64,000 nucleotides of DNA from Bryobacterales bacterium (lineage in GTDB: Bacteria; Acidobacteriota; Terriglobia; Bryobacterales; UBA6623): contig CBDBKU010000002.1 of assembly GCA_965206775.1 (NCBI GenBank), positions 1,999,796 through 2,063,795 of the forward strand, written 5' to 3'. The translations under genes and the position numbers were made by a program. The notes beneath the pieces are model-generated. The model searched no databases, was not told the DNA's origin, and saw only the letters and a list, made by a program, of their open reading frames with translations. Shown piece by piece: positions 47,290 through 56,388 of the stretch. Every line of letters begins with the position of its first letter. The stretch's first letter is position 1.

Positions 47290-47720
47290 GAACACGGCTG
47301 CAGCCGGCCACCCGGGATCTCCGAGGACGGCGAACGCTTCCAGCACTGGCGGTCGAACCAGTGTTTCCGTTCCACCTCGCCGCGTACATCTATGGAGACG
47401 ACGGCGTCTTCGTGATGACGAACTCGGATGCCAGGTCCCTGCTGGCGAACGAGGTCGCGGTCACTTTAGCGGCGGCGTACGGGTGGTCCGGCCCCGTACC
47501 GCGGAAAGGGGGCCAGTGGGGCTGCCGGCTGAGGTGCGGGGGCGGTTCGTGGGGACTTATGTGGTCGCCGAGACAGAAATCGAGTGCGAGTGCGAGCTGG
47601 AGGGGGGGTAGCGCTGACGTGGCGGGGGGACAATGCGGTGCTGTGGGCGCTCCCCGCCGTCGGGCCTTGCAGAAATACTATCGGGGCCGAGTGCCGAAGC
47701 CGCCGCCTGGGCTCATGCCG
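47290..47720 (+). pseudogene. Serine-hydrolase (beta-lactamase-family) C-terminal remnant, multiple frameshifts (approximate limits)
   Basis: Pieces lie in three frames: AAGHPG.., FPFHLAAYIYGDDGVFVMTNSDARSLLANEVAVTLAAAYGW, LPAEVRGRFVGTYVV..ECELEGG, ALTWRGDNAVLWALP. Confidence 0.4.
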
Positions 47721-48189
47721 GCCTGACCCAGCCCGGCCCCGGCCAATCCAAACAGCAGTTCAACGGAGCCGAATCGGCTGCGAACGCCATCCAACAGCGG
47801 AATACAGGATCAACGCGAGTGCGAGAACATGCCCTGCTGGGACCTCTCTGCGGACGAGCTGGACCGGGCAGCGATCACACGAGACTTGGAAGGCACTGAC
47901 TCACCTGGCGCATTGGAGCAGACAATCGCAGTGATGGCAGCCGCTACGGGCAAGGCGTGGGCTGCATGCCAGGAAAGGGGCTGCTATAGGGCCAAAGGGC
48001 TTCCCGAACTGGTCCCGTGACCGCGCTGATCGTGATCCGGCCGACTCGCCGCGCTCGGCGGAACAGAGCTCGTTGCGGAATCGGCCACACTCACACCGTT
48101 TGTTCGCTCCCTGGCGGAGACCTCCCTCCCCAAGGGCGTTCATTCGGCCAAGGGAAACTGTCGCGACCGCCTCCACCCGGCCCGATTCC

Positions 48190-49776
48190 TCACATTCCCC
48201 AGACGGTGATTCGCTCGCCGCCCTGGGTTTCTTCGCGACTGAATACCCGGTCGCTCCACGACAAGCCCTCCGTGCGGTCGAAGATCACTAAGTGGCCCTC
48301 TTTGGCTCCAGCTCGGTCCATGTAGGCGAGCGTCTGGGGCAGGCCCTCGGCCAGCGTCGCCGCCAGGCTGCCTCGCAGCCGCTTGCACTCGATGACGATC
48401 TTCTGGCACCCTCCCGGTCCGGCGCAATCCCCGGCCGTCGGCCAGTCGATCAGCAGATCCGTCCGCATGCGCCCGAGACCGTACTCCCGCTCGATCCGCC
48501 CCCTGCCGTTCACGATCCTCTGCAGGAACGCCTGCAGCAGCAGCTGCGGGCCCGCTTCCTTGTACCCGAAGCGATCCGCCCAGTGCTCGGCGTTCTCTCG
48601 GAAATACTCTTGGAAGCCCCCTAGCAGTTTCGATGTCAGCAAGCGGCCATTGGCGCCGACATACCACGCGGGTTCGTGAGTGATCGTCTCCTGGGCATCG
48701 CTGGCAAGCTCTCGTGGAATGATCTCGCGGTAGATGGGATTGGCGATCGCGAGCGGAGCGCCGGGTGCTACTAGGCCGAGATCGCGAGTGTAGCCGATGT
48801 CGTCGTCCCGGAGCGCGGGCAGGCCGCCGCTCAGCAGCGGCTCGATGACACGCCGCACTCGGGGCTCGCGGAGCTTGTCGACCATCTGGTCGAGGTGGGT
48901 GTCGCGTCGCAGGATGAGTTGCTCGCGCGCTTCTTGGATATTGTCGAGAGTGATCGGCTGGCTGCGGTCGCGCGCGGCTTTGTTCCGGAAGCAGGCTTGA
49001 TAGGCCAGCGCATTCACCAGCCAGGGCTGGCCGCAGGTAAGTTCCCAGAACTTGTCCAGGGCCTCATCGGTAATGGCCTGGCCGGTCTCGCCGACGTGCT
49101 GGCCGAGCAAGTCGCGCATCTCGACCTCCGAGAAGTCACCCAGGCGCAAGGACTCGGCCTTGATGTTGAAGGCGCTGCCCCCAAGCACGATCTCCCCGCT
49201 AGAGGAGCGAATGCGATAGTCGCGCACATCACGCACGCCGCACAGAACGACGCATTGGGGGAAATGCCGCGGTCGGTCGCGATATCCGCTACGGAGCTGC
49301 CTGAGAACGGAGATCAGGGTGTCGCCCACGAGGGAGTCGATCTCGTCAAGGAACAGCACCAGCGGCTTCGGATCGGCGGCCGCCCATTCCGATAGCACGC
49401 GATTCAGAGCGGAGTGGGGGCCGGAACTGTCGAGAGTGCCCGACCACGTTTCCGCTACCGTACGGTCTCCGATGGTGCGTGATGACTCCCTGGCAAGAAC
49501 GTCGAGAATTGCCCTCATGGCCGCGCCCACGTCCTCGCGGGCCGCTTGCGCAACCTCGACATTCACGTAGACGCACCGGTACCGGCCGCTGCCGTTCAAC
49601 TCATCCAGCAGCGCCCCCAGCACCGTGGTCTTGCCGGTCTGGCGGGGGGCGTGGAGGACGAAGTACTTCAGCCTCCCAATCAGCGTCAGCACTTCGTCCA
49701 GGTCGATACGGGAAAGCGGCGGAACACAGTAGTGATGCTCCGCGTTGATCGGTCCCTCGGTGTTGAAGAAGCGCAT
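48190..49776 (-). CDS. AAA-ATPase_like / PDDEXK_9 fusion protein (predicted ATPase plus PD-(D/E)xK nuclease)
   Basis: MRFFNTEGPINAEHHYCVPPLSRID...FVLHAPRQTGKTT N-terminus. The C-terminal part YGLGRMRTDLLIDWP...IVIECKRLRG is a nuclease-like core. Confidence 0.8.
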   Translation of the reverse strand: MRFFNTEGPINAEHHYCVPPLSRIDLDEVLTLIGRLKYFVLHAPRQTGKTTVLGALLDELNGSGRYRCVYVNVEVAQAAREDVGAAMRAILDVLARESSRTIGDRTVAETWSGTLDSSGPHSALNRVLSEWAAADPKPLVLFLDEIDSLVGDTLISVLRQLRSGYRDRPRHFPQCVVLCGVRDVRDYRIRSSSGEIVLGGSAFNIKAESLRLGDFSEVEMRDLLGQHVGETGQAITDEALDKFWELTCGQPWLVNALAYQACFRNKAARDRSQPITLDNIQEAREQLILRRDTHLDQMVDKLREPRVRRVIEPLLSGGLPALRDDDIGYTRDLGLVAPGAPLAIANPIYREIIPRELASDAQETITHEPAWYVGANGRLLTSKLLGGFQEYFRENAEHWADRFGYKEAGPQLLLQAFLQRIVNGRGRIEREYGLGRMRTDLLIDWPTAGDCAGPGGCQKIVIECKRLRGSLAATLAEGLPQTLAYMDRAGAKEGHLVIFDRTEGLSWSDRVFSREETQGGERITVWGM

Positions 49777-50032
49777 GGCGTGCGATTGGCTCTCACGCGA
49801 CGGCCCGCGAAGCAAAACCGGCCGCATAGACAGACGAATTGGCCTCTCGGATTCCTACATGATTCTAGCGGGTCGATATCGAGAGACGGACGCACTCCCG
49901 GAGACTTGGCTGATATGCAGGGAATGGCTGGCGTGTAGGATTTCAGGGCTCGTGATCTCCAGCTCAGGCTGCGAGTCTCGATAATTCAAGGCGTGAAGTG
50001 ACGACTGGGTCAACGCTCGTGCAGTCACTCTA

Positions 50033-50093
50033 GGGCACGAGCACGGGCGACGACAACCTGCCGATCCCCTCACGCTAGCGGACGACGAATCGG
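50033..50093 (+). repeat. 61-nt repeat, copy A (see copy B at 56036)
   Basis: gggcacgagcacgggcgacgacaacctgccgatcccctcacgctagcggacgacgaatcgg matches 56036-56096 at 50/61 positions (hand count). Weaker similarity continues about 70 nt further. Confidence 0.6.
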
Positions 50094-50295
50094 CATGTCC
50101 TGACCCGGACTAGAAGCCGGCGGGGCCGCGGAATTGGCGATGGCGCTGGACGAGTTCATCATGTTGAGTCGCTACAAATGTGGAGTCGGGTACCGAAACT
50201 CTTGCGGTAGCAGTTTCTGGAGGATTCCAACTCAACATAACTAAGCTCGTGACCGGCGTTCCTAGCCGACATCGACCGGACCACGGCGATCGGAC

Positions 50296-50385
50296 GGCGT
50301 GGAAGAGCTCGACCTCGGCTTCAACCCGCTGGCGGACCTGCGGCCGCTGGCACGGCTGCAGGCGCTGCGGCTGGGCGGCAACTAG
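50296..50385 (+). pseudogene. Leucine-rich-repeat gene fragment
   Basis: GVEELDLGFNPLADLRPLARLQALRLGGN*. The frame is closed 30 nt upstream by a TAG, and there is no start. Confidence 0.4.
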
Positions 50386-51335
50386 GTCCCGTGCGGCACC
50401 AGTCGGCAGCCGCCCTGCGGGTGGTACAGGCAGGCCGGCGGGCTTGCATCCCACCACGCCTTGCACTTGACGCAGTCTTCGACAACTAAGTCCGTGCCGT
50501 ATCGAATCCGGATGGTGCCGTCGACGGCCCGGCGACTCGTGCTCGCGGGCCACCTCTATTGAACCCGGCCCGTCCCCTGAGCGCAATCGCGCCGGGCCTG
50601 CGCGGTTCCCCCGAGACCCGCACGGCGGCCGGAGCATGCGGCCCCTGCTGCTAACGGCTAATCCCTCTCAGGCTCGGAACCCACACCACCAGCCTCGAGG
50701 CTACGGCCAGCACTCTACCCTCCGGTGCCAGATTGAACCGCTTTTCCAGCCAGTCCGTAACGAGACAATCAAGCCAGGAAACCTGACGATTTCAAGAATC
50801 AATCCGGGATACTACAGCCGACAGCTGGGCCAAGGTCCGCCGCAAGCTGGCCGGCTGGGCACGCCTCACGACCACGCTGCGCACGGCGGGCGGGGATCTC
50901 ATCGTGGGCCGCCCGGATGCCGAACCGGGTGCTTACCCGGACGGTTCCATCCTGAGTGGGCAACGACCAATCTTGTAGTGACATACTGTCTTGGGGCTGA
51001 ACTACATCACCTTTCTATTCAAACACTTCCAGTTTCGGACGGCCTCAGAATGGCGAAGTCAGGTTACATATCATGAACTCGCAACGGACCCTAGCCTTGA
51101 GGTTCGGGCTAACGCTGACCGCGTCTGCGTCACCAGCACAGAACAGCAAGGACTTGACCGCGAGCTGCCACAAGTCGGCCGGCCGCACGGCGAAAGCGTT
51201 CCCAAGCGACGCTGCCTCCGACGATCGACAAGGCAGCGCCAAGCGGGAGCAGGCCGCGTGATTCTCCCAAGACGGCTCGCTCATTGGAGCAACACGTAAC
51301 GATCCCCCGCTATCGGCCGGGTCTCAGAACCCTAG

Positions 51336-54299
51336 CTAAGGCGTACCCTGCGCGTCCGGGGTCGCGGCCCCGGTATCCCCGCATGGTCGCAGCAGCACCT
51401 CTGTGCTCATTCCGTCGTGGCATTGCAGTTGTAAGAGCGTCTCGCCGAAGAAGGAGACGGAGTCGGTACCGATGGGCGCGGTCGCCTCGTCCGGACACCA
51501 TGTTCCGCGCAGCACCAGCCTCAGCGTATGCTCCTTGGCATGCTGGAAGGCGAAATGGCTGGACGCATAGTTCAGGCCGCGAGAGACGATGTCGTCATCG
51601 AATTGCCATCCAATATCCGGGACGCTTGCAGCGAGCCGCACAGGTGTCGCTGCTTCCTCCGCCTGGTGCTGCGTTCCTTCTTCCGCCTGCTCCTGAATGA
51701 TCACCGTCGCGGATTGATTGACCGTTCGGATCAGTTCGTCCTCGGGCGTCTCCACGACCTCGTAGAAGGCATAGGCCTTCATGCTCTGTTGCGGAAAGCT
51801 GACTAGGTGCATTCCGCTCTGGTCCAGCACCTCGTAGTAGGCCGAGGGGTCGGATGCGAGCTCCTCCAGCTTAGTGGCACCGGTATCGGCTGGGATCACC
51901 ACATACTGGTAGCTGTCGCCGTCGGGCTTGATCCCGTGATTGAGATAGGCCTTGGCATAAGCCCCCTCGGTCGTCTCATGGTCTTCCGTCATACTCTCCT
52001 GAAGGTTTCGGGATACCACCAATGTCGCGGTGCTCGTCGCCAGGAAGTAGCTGTTCCCCACGCTGTCGGTCATCTTCACCGCCGTGCCTGCGGGGCGCTC
52101 GACCGAACTCTCGAGCCCGGTCAGTTGCTCACCGTTGACCTGAGTTGCGTAGGTGGTGTCCTCCAGGTAGGTCTGGAAGATCGTCGTATGCGTTTCGTCC
52201 TCTTGCGTGCCTCCGTAGATGTGCGTCCCCAAGGCCAGGACTTGGTCGCCGACGAAGAAATAGCTTTTCCGCCCGCGCAGGTCTGTCGGTCCGATGAACG
52301 GGACAGCCTCCAAGTCCTGCACGAAGAGACCGTGGTCTCCAAGGGTCACGCCGCCCACAAAGGTCTTCGTGTTGTAGTTCCGGTGCGTGTCCCGCTGCTT
52401 GATATCCTGCTCCCTCCGCGATGCGCGCACCGCTGATTCCCTCCGCTGCTCGATGGGATAGTGACTCGCGGTCGTTCCCGGGACGTGGTACCAGTCCCAG
52501 CCGCTGAAGAGGGCGTAACCGGAGCCCTGCTCGCTGACCGGATTGCCCGCGCTGAAGACTGTCAGCGATCCGTACGCCCAGTTCTGGCCGAAGTTGTTCT
52601 GGCGCGTGTTCAACGGCCCCTCGTAGTCCCAGAAGTACTGGCTGAAGCCCTTCGCGGTCACCAGCCAGTCCCCGCGACGGAAGAAGCCCGCTGCGGCGTA
52701 GGGCTTGATCCAGGCGCCTGACGGAGGCTCGGCCGCGGCGATGTTCTGGGCCTGCAGTTCCGCGATCAGCCGGTAGATCCCCAAGCCGCGGATCGAAAGT
52801 CCGCGCTGTCCCTCGTGGTAAGGGTTCCGCCGTTCGTCGGAGAAGTAGTAGTCCGCGTCGAAGAATTCCCCGAAGCGGCCCTTCATGTCCAGGTCATCCA
52901 TGCCGTCCGAGTGGGCGAGGAATGCCATGGCCTTGGAAATCGCGCCGGAAATGCCCTCTCCGCTCCCGCGAATGAGGCGCCCTCGAAGCGCGGCGGACGG
53001 CTGGTATTTCTGCACCATCACCCGATAGCTGTCGAGTGCCAGCTTGAGGGCGTCGACGTGCTCAGTCCGGTAGAAGGCGGTTCCCTTCAACAGGTAGAGC
53101 AACCGGGCGAAGGCTTCGAAGGCGAACGGGCTGTACGCTCCCACATACGCGGTGGCATGGTGAAACCCCGTGCCGTCGGGCTTGATTGTCCCGAAGACAC
53201 CCGGCTTGATCGCGATGTTCGTGTCGATGACGTGGTACAAGATGGCAGCCATGCTGCTCCGCTCGCCGGCATCTTCGATCAGCAGGTAGTACGGCCAGAA
53301 ATAGTCGGAGAACAGCCGCACGCCATCTGCATTGAGATGGTACTGACGCTCGGTTTTGAAGGGCTTGGCGTAGGAGACGCCCGCTTCCTCGCGCGCGACC
53401 TGGAAGAACGCCCCGTACATCGAGCCGTGATTCACCGCCAGATTGCGGACGACCGCTCGATACTTTGCCAGCAACCCGGCTTCGGCGAGAGCGTCGCGCA
53501 GGAGGAAGACGCTCTGGATGTATCCCCCCAATCGCAGGGACTCCTCGGAGAAATCGCCGGAAGTTCGGACGAGGCCCTGCGTGAGAGCCTCAGCGCTCGC
53601 GTTGCCCGCGTGATCGGGGAGCCACGCGTCTTCGGTGAGCCCGCGGCTGTAGCTGTAGTCAAGAATCGAGAGGCAAATCAGCAAGACAAATGCGTTCTGG
53701 TAGTACGGGTTGGCCTCGTCGGAGGTTCCGGGAGTGTGGTACGCGAACGCCAGTGTCGGAAGGACCCGGTTGAACAGGTCGTGAAATTCGCTGTTGGCGT
53801 CCTCGCGCGCCTCTCGTTCCTCGTCCGTCTCATCGGTCTCGCCGCCCAGGCTCGAGACAAAGTAGGCGAGCTCGCCGCGGCGTTCGTACGGAAACGAGCT
53901 GGCGTCGCGAAGGGCCCTCTGGAAGCGGATCGATAGATCGTCCTCGAAGGCTGCCTTGGCAGCGTCGGAACTCGCGTAGTCGGTGGACTTGAAGAGCAGC
54001 AGGCTCTCGTACTTCGCGACCAAGTCTTCCAGGTTTCCTGAATTCGCATGCAGCGGTCCTGCCAGGACCAGGCACAGCCAGGCCACGAACGTGCGGAATC
54101 TTGATGCATGGACCGTCGGCCGAGTCTCGGATCGCCTGTCGGCCTCCGCTATCTGGCCGTGTCCAAGTAGCGTCACTTCCTTGCGCACTGGGCTCCTGCC
54201 TCCCAGACGTGTCGTAGTCGCAGGCGTGGCACGCGGGATAGGGACTGGAAGGACTGGTTCAAGTTCGCGGATTCGATTTGCTGCCTTAAGCACACCCAT
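51336..54299 (-). CDS. Chondroitinase-ABC-like polysaccharide lyase (PL8 family)
   Basis: Colinear by eye with Proteus chondroitinase ABC I: GWDWYHVPGTTASHYP, KSYFFVGDQVLALGTHIYGGTQEDETHTTIFQ, GNSYFLATSTATLVVSRNLQ..TEGAYAKAYLNHGIKPDGDSYQYVVIPADT, AYAFYEVVE..IRTVNQSATVIIQEQ. The hydrophobic leader FRTFVAWLCLVLAGPLHA is internal to the listed ORF, so the true start is probably downstream of 54299. Confidence 0.8.
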   Translation of the reverse strand: MGVLKAANRIRELEPVLPVPIPRATPATTTRLGGRSPVRKEVTLLGHGQIAEADRRSETRPTVHASRFRTFVAWLCLVLAGPLHANSGNLEDLVAKYESLLLFKSTDYASSDAAKAAFEDDLSIRFQRALRDASSFPYERRGELAYFVSSLGGETDETDEEREAREDANSEFHDLFNRVLPTLAFAYHTPGTSDEANPYYQNAFVLLICLSILDYSYSRGLTEDAWLPDHAGNASAEALTQGLVRTSGDFSEESLRLGGYIQSVFLLRDALAEAGLLAKYRAVVRNLAVNHGSMYGAFFQVAREEAGVSYAKPFKTERQYHLNADGVRLFSDYFWPYYLLIEDAGERSSMAAILYHVIDTNIAIKPGVFGTIKPDGTGFHHATAYVGAYSPFAFEAFARLLYLLKGTAFYRTEHVDALKLALDSYRVMVQKYQPSAALRGRLIRGSGEGISGAISKAMAFLAHSDGMDDLDMKGRFGEFFDADYYFSDERRNPYHEGQRGLSIRGLGIYRLIAELQAQNIAAAEPPSGAWIKPYAAAGFFRRGDWLVTAKGFSQYFWDYEGPLNTRQNNFGQNWAYGSLTVFSAGNPVSEQGSGYALFSGWDWYHVPGTTASHYPIEQRRESAVRASRREQDIKQRDTHRNYNTKTFVGGVTLGDHGLFVQDLEAVPFIGPTDLRGRKSYFFVGDQVLALGTHIYGGTQEDETHTTIFQTYLEDTTYATQVNGEQLTGLESSVERPAGTAVKMTDSVGNSYFLATSTATLVVSRNLQESMTEDHETTEGAYAKAYLNHGIKPDGDSYQYVVIPADTGATKLEELASDPSAYYEVLDQSGMHLVSFPQQSMKAYAFYEVVETPEDELIRTVNQSATVIIQEQAEEGTQHQAEEAATPVRLAASVPDIGWQFDDDIVSRGLNYASSHFAFQHAKEHTLRLVLRGTWCPDEATAPIGTDSVSFFGETLLQLQCHDGMSTEVLLRPCGDTGAATPDAQGTP

Positions 54300-54639
54300 C
54301 TCTCCTTAACAGTGCCCCACCGGCATTCGTGCGGTCGCGGCAGTCCCGAAGCAGTTGCGAAATCGTGTCCGACAACCTTCCAGCGGCTCCAGGAAAAGAC
54401 GGCCGGGGCAAACGCACTTCCCGGAGGTCAGCGGCGGCCGAGCAGGCATGCCGGCGCTCGTCAAGCAATTCGGCGAAAGGAAACGGGAATTCCGACTGAG
54501 CTGGAAGAGGGCCAGCGAATTCGGCGTCCCACGCACGTAAACCACTCCCACCGCTTATAGCAGTTCTCTTGCGGAGGCAGTGTGAACAAGAAAGCCAGTT
54601 CCGTGGTGTTCTCATGTATTCTGGCCTTTGATCGCAGCG

Positions 54640-54790
54640 AGGCGCTGGACCTGGGCGCGAACCGCCTCCGGGACCTGCACTCCGTAGCGGGGCTGTCCCA
54701 GCACGGGACGCTGCGTCTGGGCGGCGACGCCCTGACCCGGCTGGACCCGGTGTCCGGGCTGCGGCGGCTCGACCTCAGCGGCAACGCGGC
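54640..54790 (+). pseudogene. Leucine-rich-repeat gene fragment
   Basis: EALDLGANRLRDLHSVAGLSQHGTLRLGGDALTRLDPVSGLRRLDLSGNA. It abuts the antisense integrase fragment. Confidence 0.4.
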
Positions 54791-55344
54791 GCGGGACTTC
54801 GGGTGGAAACGGACCCGCTGGCCCAAATAGCGCTCCAGTTCGCACACGGCGTCGGCGGAGAGAGCGACGAGGCGGGATTTGTGGAATCTCGAAGCGCGAA
54901 CGAGCAGCGTGTGCTGGGTCCGGTCGTAGTCGCCGATCCGCAGCCGGACCAGTGCCCGCGGCGCAAGCCCGCTGTGTAGAGCAGCACAACGGCGAGGCGA
55001 TAGACGGTGGCGCGCAGCGGGGAATTGGCCGTGGCCGGCAGTTGCGCGGCCTTCTCCAGTAGCGCTAGGATCTGCAGCTCACTGAAGATGAATGGGGGTT
55101 GCGCGGGGCCCCGGGCCGGGAATTGCTGCGGATCGGGCACGAAGGAACTGGGGTCGGTGCGCCGCAGGCAGAGGGCCAGCTTGCGGACAATGCGCATGAA
55201 CTCGCGACGTTTCTCCGGCGTGAGGCGGGCCAGCGTGCGGTCCCATGCCGCGAAACGGTCCGGGACCGCACGAGTGCCGACACTTATAGCGACTGAACAT
55301 GACGCAGGCCCCTGCAGCTGCCGATGGCGGAGGAGCAACGACAT
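54790..55344 (-). pseudogene. Tyrosine recombinase fragment (frameshifted, 3'-truncated)
   Basis: FIFSELQILALLEKAAQLPATANSPLRATVYRLAVVLLYTAGLRRG. After a 1-nt shift near 54955 it reads LVRLRIGDYDRTQHTLLVRASRFHKSRLVALSADAVCELERYLGQR. The His/Tyr catalytic half is missing. Confidence 0.6.
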
Positions 55345-55406
55345 CTTTCACGTTTCCGTTAGAAATCACAAGTATAAATGTACGACATTAAGTTTATCAA
55401 TATACG

Positions 55407-55845
55407 ATGCATGACGACTGGCAGCGGTCCAGCAGTCTTGCATCTGTAAATTGGGCTAAAAGGAGTTTCGTTCCGAGCGACTACCCAAAGGACATGCCCG
55501 CGACAGGCGCTGTCACCGTGGGCGGCACTATCGAGGCTCAAGCGGCCGGTGGCTGGTTCGCGGTAGAGCTGATGGAAGGCCGGATCTACGCGATCGACCT
55601 TGAGGGCGGCACGCCGGGCCCGACGGTGCTGCGCGGGTTGCACGACGCGAACGGCTAGCGAATCGACGGGACGCAGGAACATGGGCGGCGAGGGCAACAA
55701 CGCGCGTTCTGACCTTCACCGCCGAGTTGAGCGGCACCTCATGCATCCACGCAAGCGCCTATGGCTCAGCACAGGAACCTACACGGCTTGCATGACGGAC
55801 GCGAAACCGGAGACAGCGGGCACGCCCGATTCGGCCCCCTTCTGA
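55407..55845 (+). pseudogene. Pre-peptidase C-terminal (PPC)-type domain remnant, nonsense plus several frameshifts
   Basis: DYPKDMPATGAVTVGGTIEAQAAGGWFAVELMEGRIYAIDLEGGTPGPTVLRGLHDANG*. Recognisable pieces then alternate frames (GGEGNNAR, LTFTAELSGT, IHASAYGS, GTYT..TDAKPETAGTPDSA). Confidence 0.5.
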
Positions 55846-56035
55846 TCCGGAGCGGCAGCGGCGGAGCCAGGTCGGGACCACGGCCTTCCATGCAGATCCG
55901 GGGCGCGATTCGCATGCTTGAGTCGGCAGCGGGGATCGCAGGCAGCACCGCGCCGGACATCCCCAGAGAACGCTGGAGCCGGGGTAGCAGCCAGCATGAC
56001 ACACCGACTTCTAGGAGGGGAAAGACCGGTCCCGA

Positions 56036-56096
56036 GGGGACGAGAACGGGCGAAGACTAGGTGCCGACCCCCTCACGCTGGCAGACGACGGACCGG
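56036..56096 (+). repeat. 61-nt repeat, copy B
   Basis: ggggacgagaacgggcgaagactaggtgccgaccccctcacgctggcagacgacggaccgg. In one + frame both copies read G[HD]E[HN]GRR..ADPLTLADD. Confidence 0.6.
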
Positions 56097-56388
56097 CGCC
56101 TGCAGAACCGGGCCACGAGCCTACGAGGCCAGGCAGATGGCAGAGGCGCTGAACGACTTCTTCCGCAGGCGCAGGCAGCTCCCGATACAGGGCAGTCGCG
56201 GCATGGTTCATCTCTCCACTGGAATCCACTTATAGTTGTGTATGATATCTACACTAAACAATAACCACACATCTACACTCGTGGCTGCCCAGCAGCCTTT
56301 CATCCGCAACTTGGCGGACAGGAGAGTCTCTTCGGGTGAGACTCGGGCCTGAAGGCAGCTGTGAGAGGGATGTGGGAATCATCGGAGG

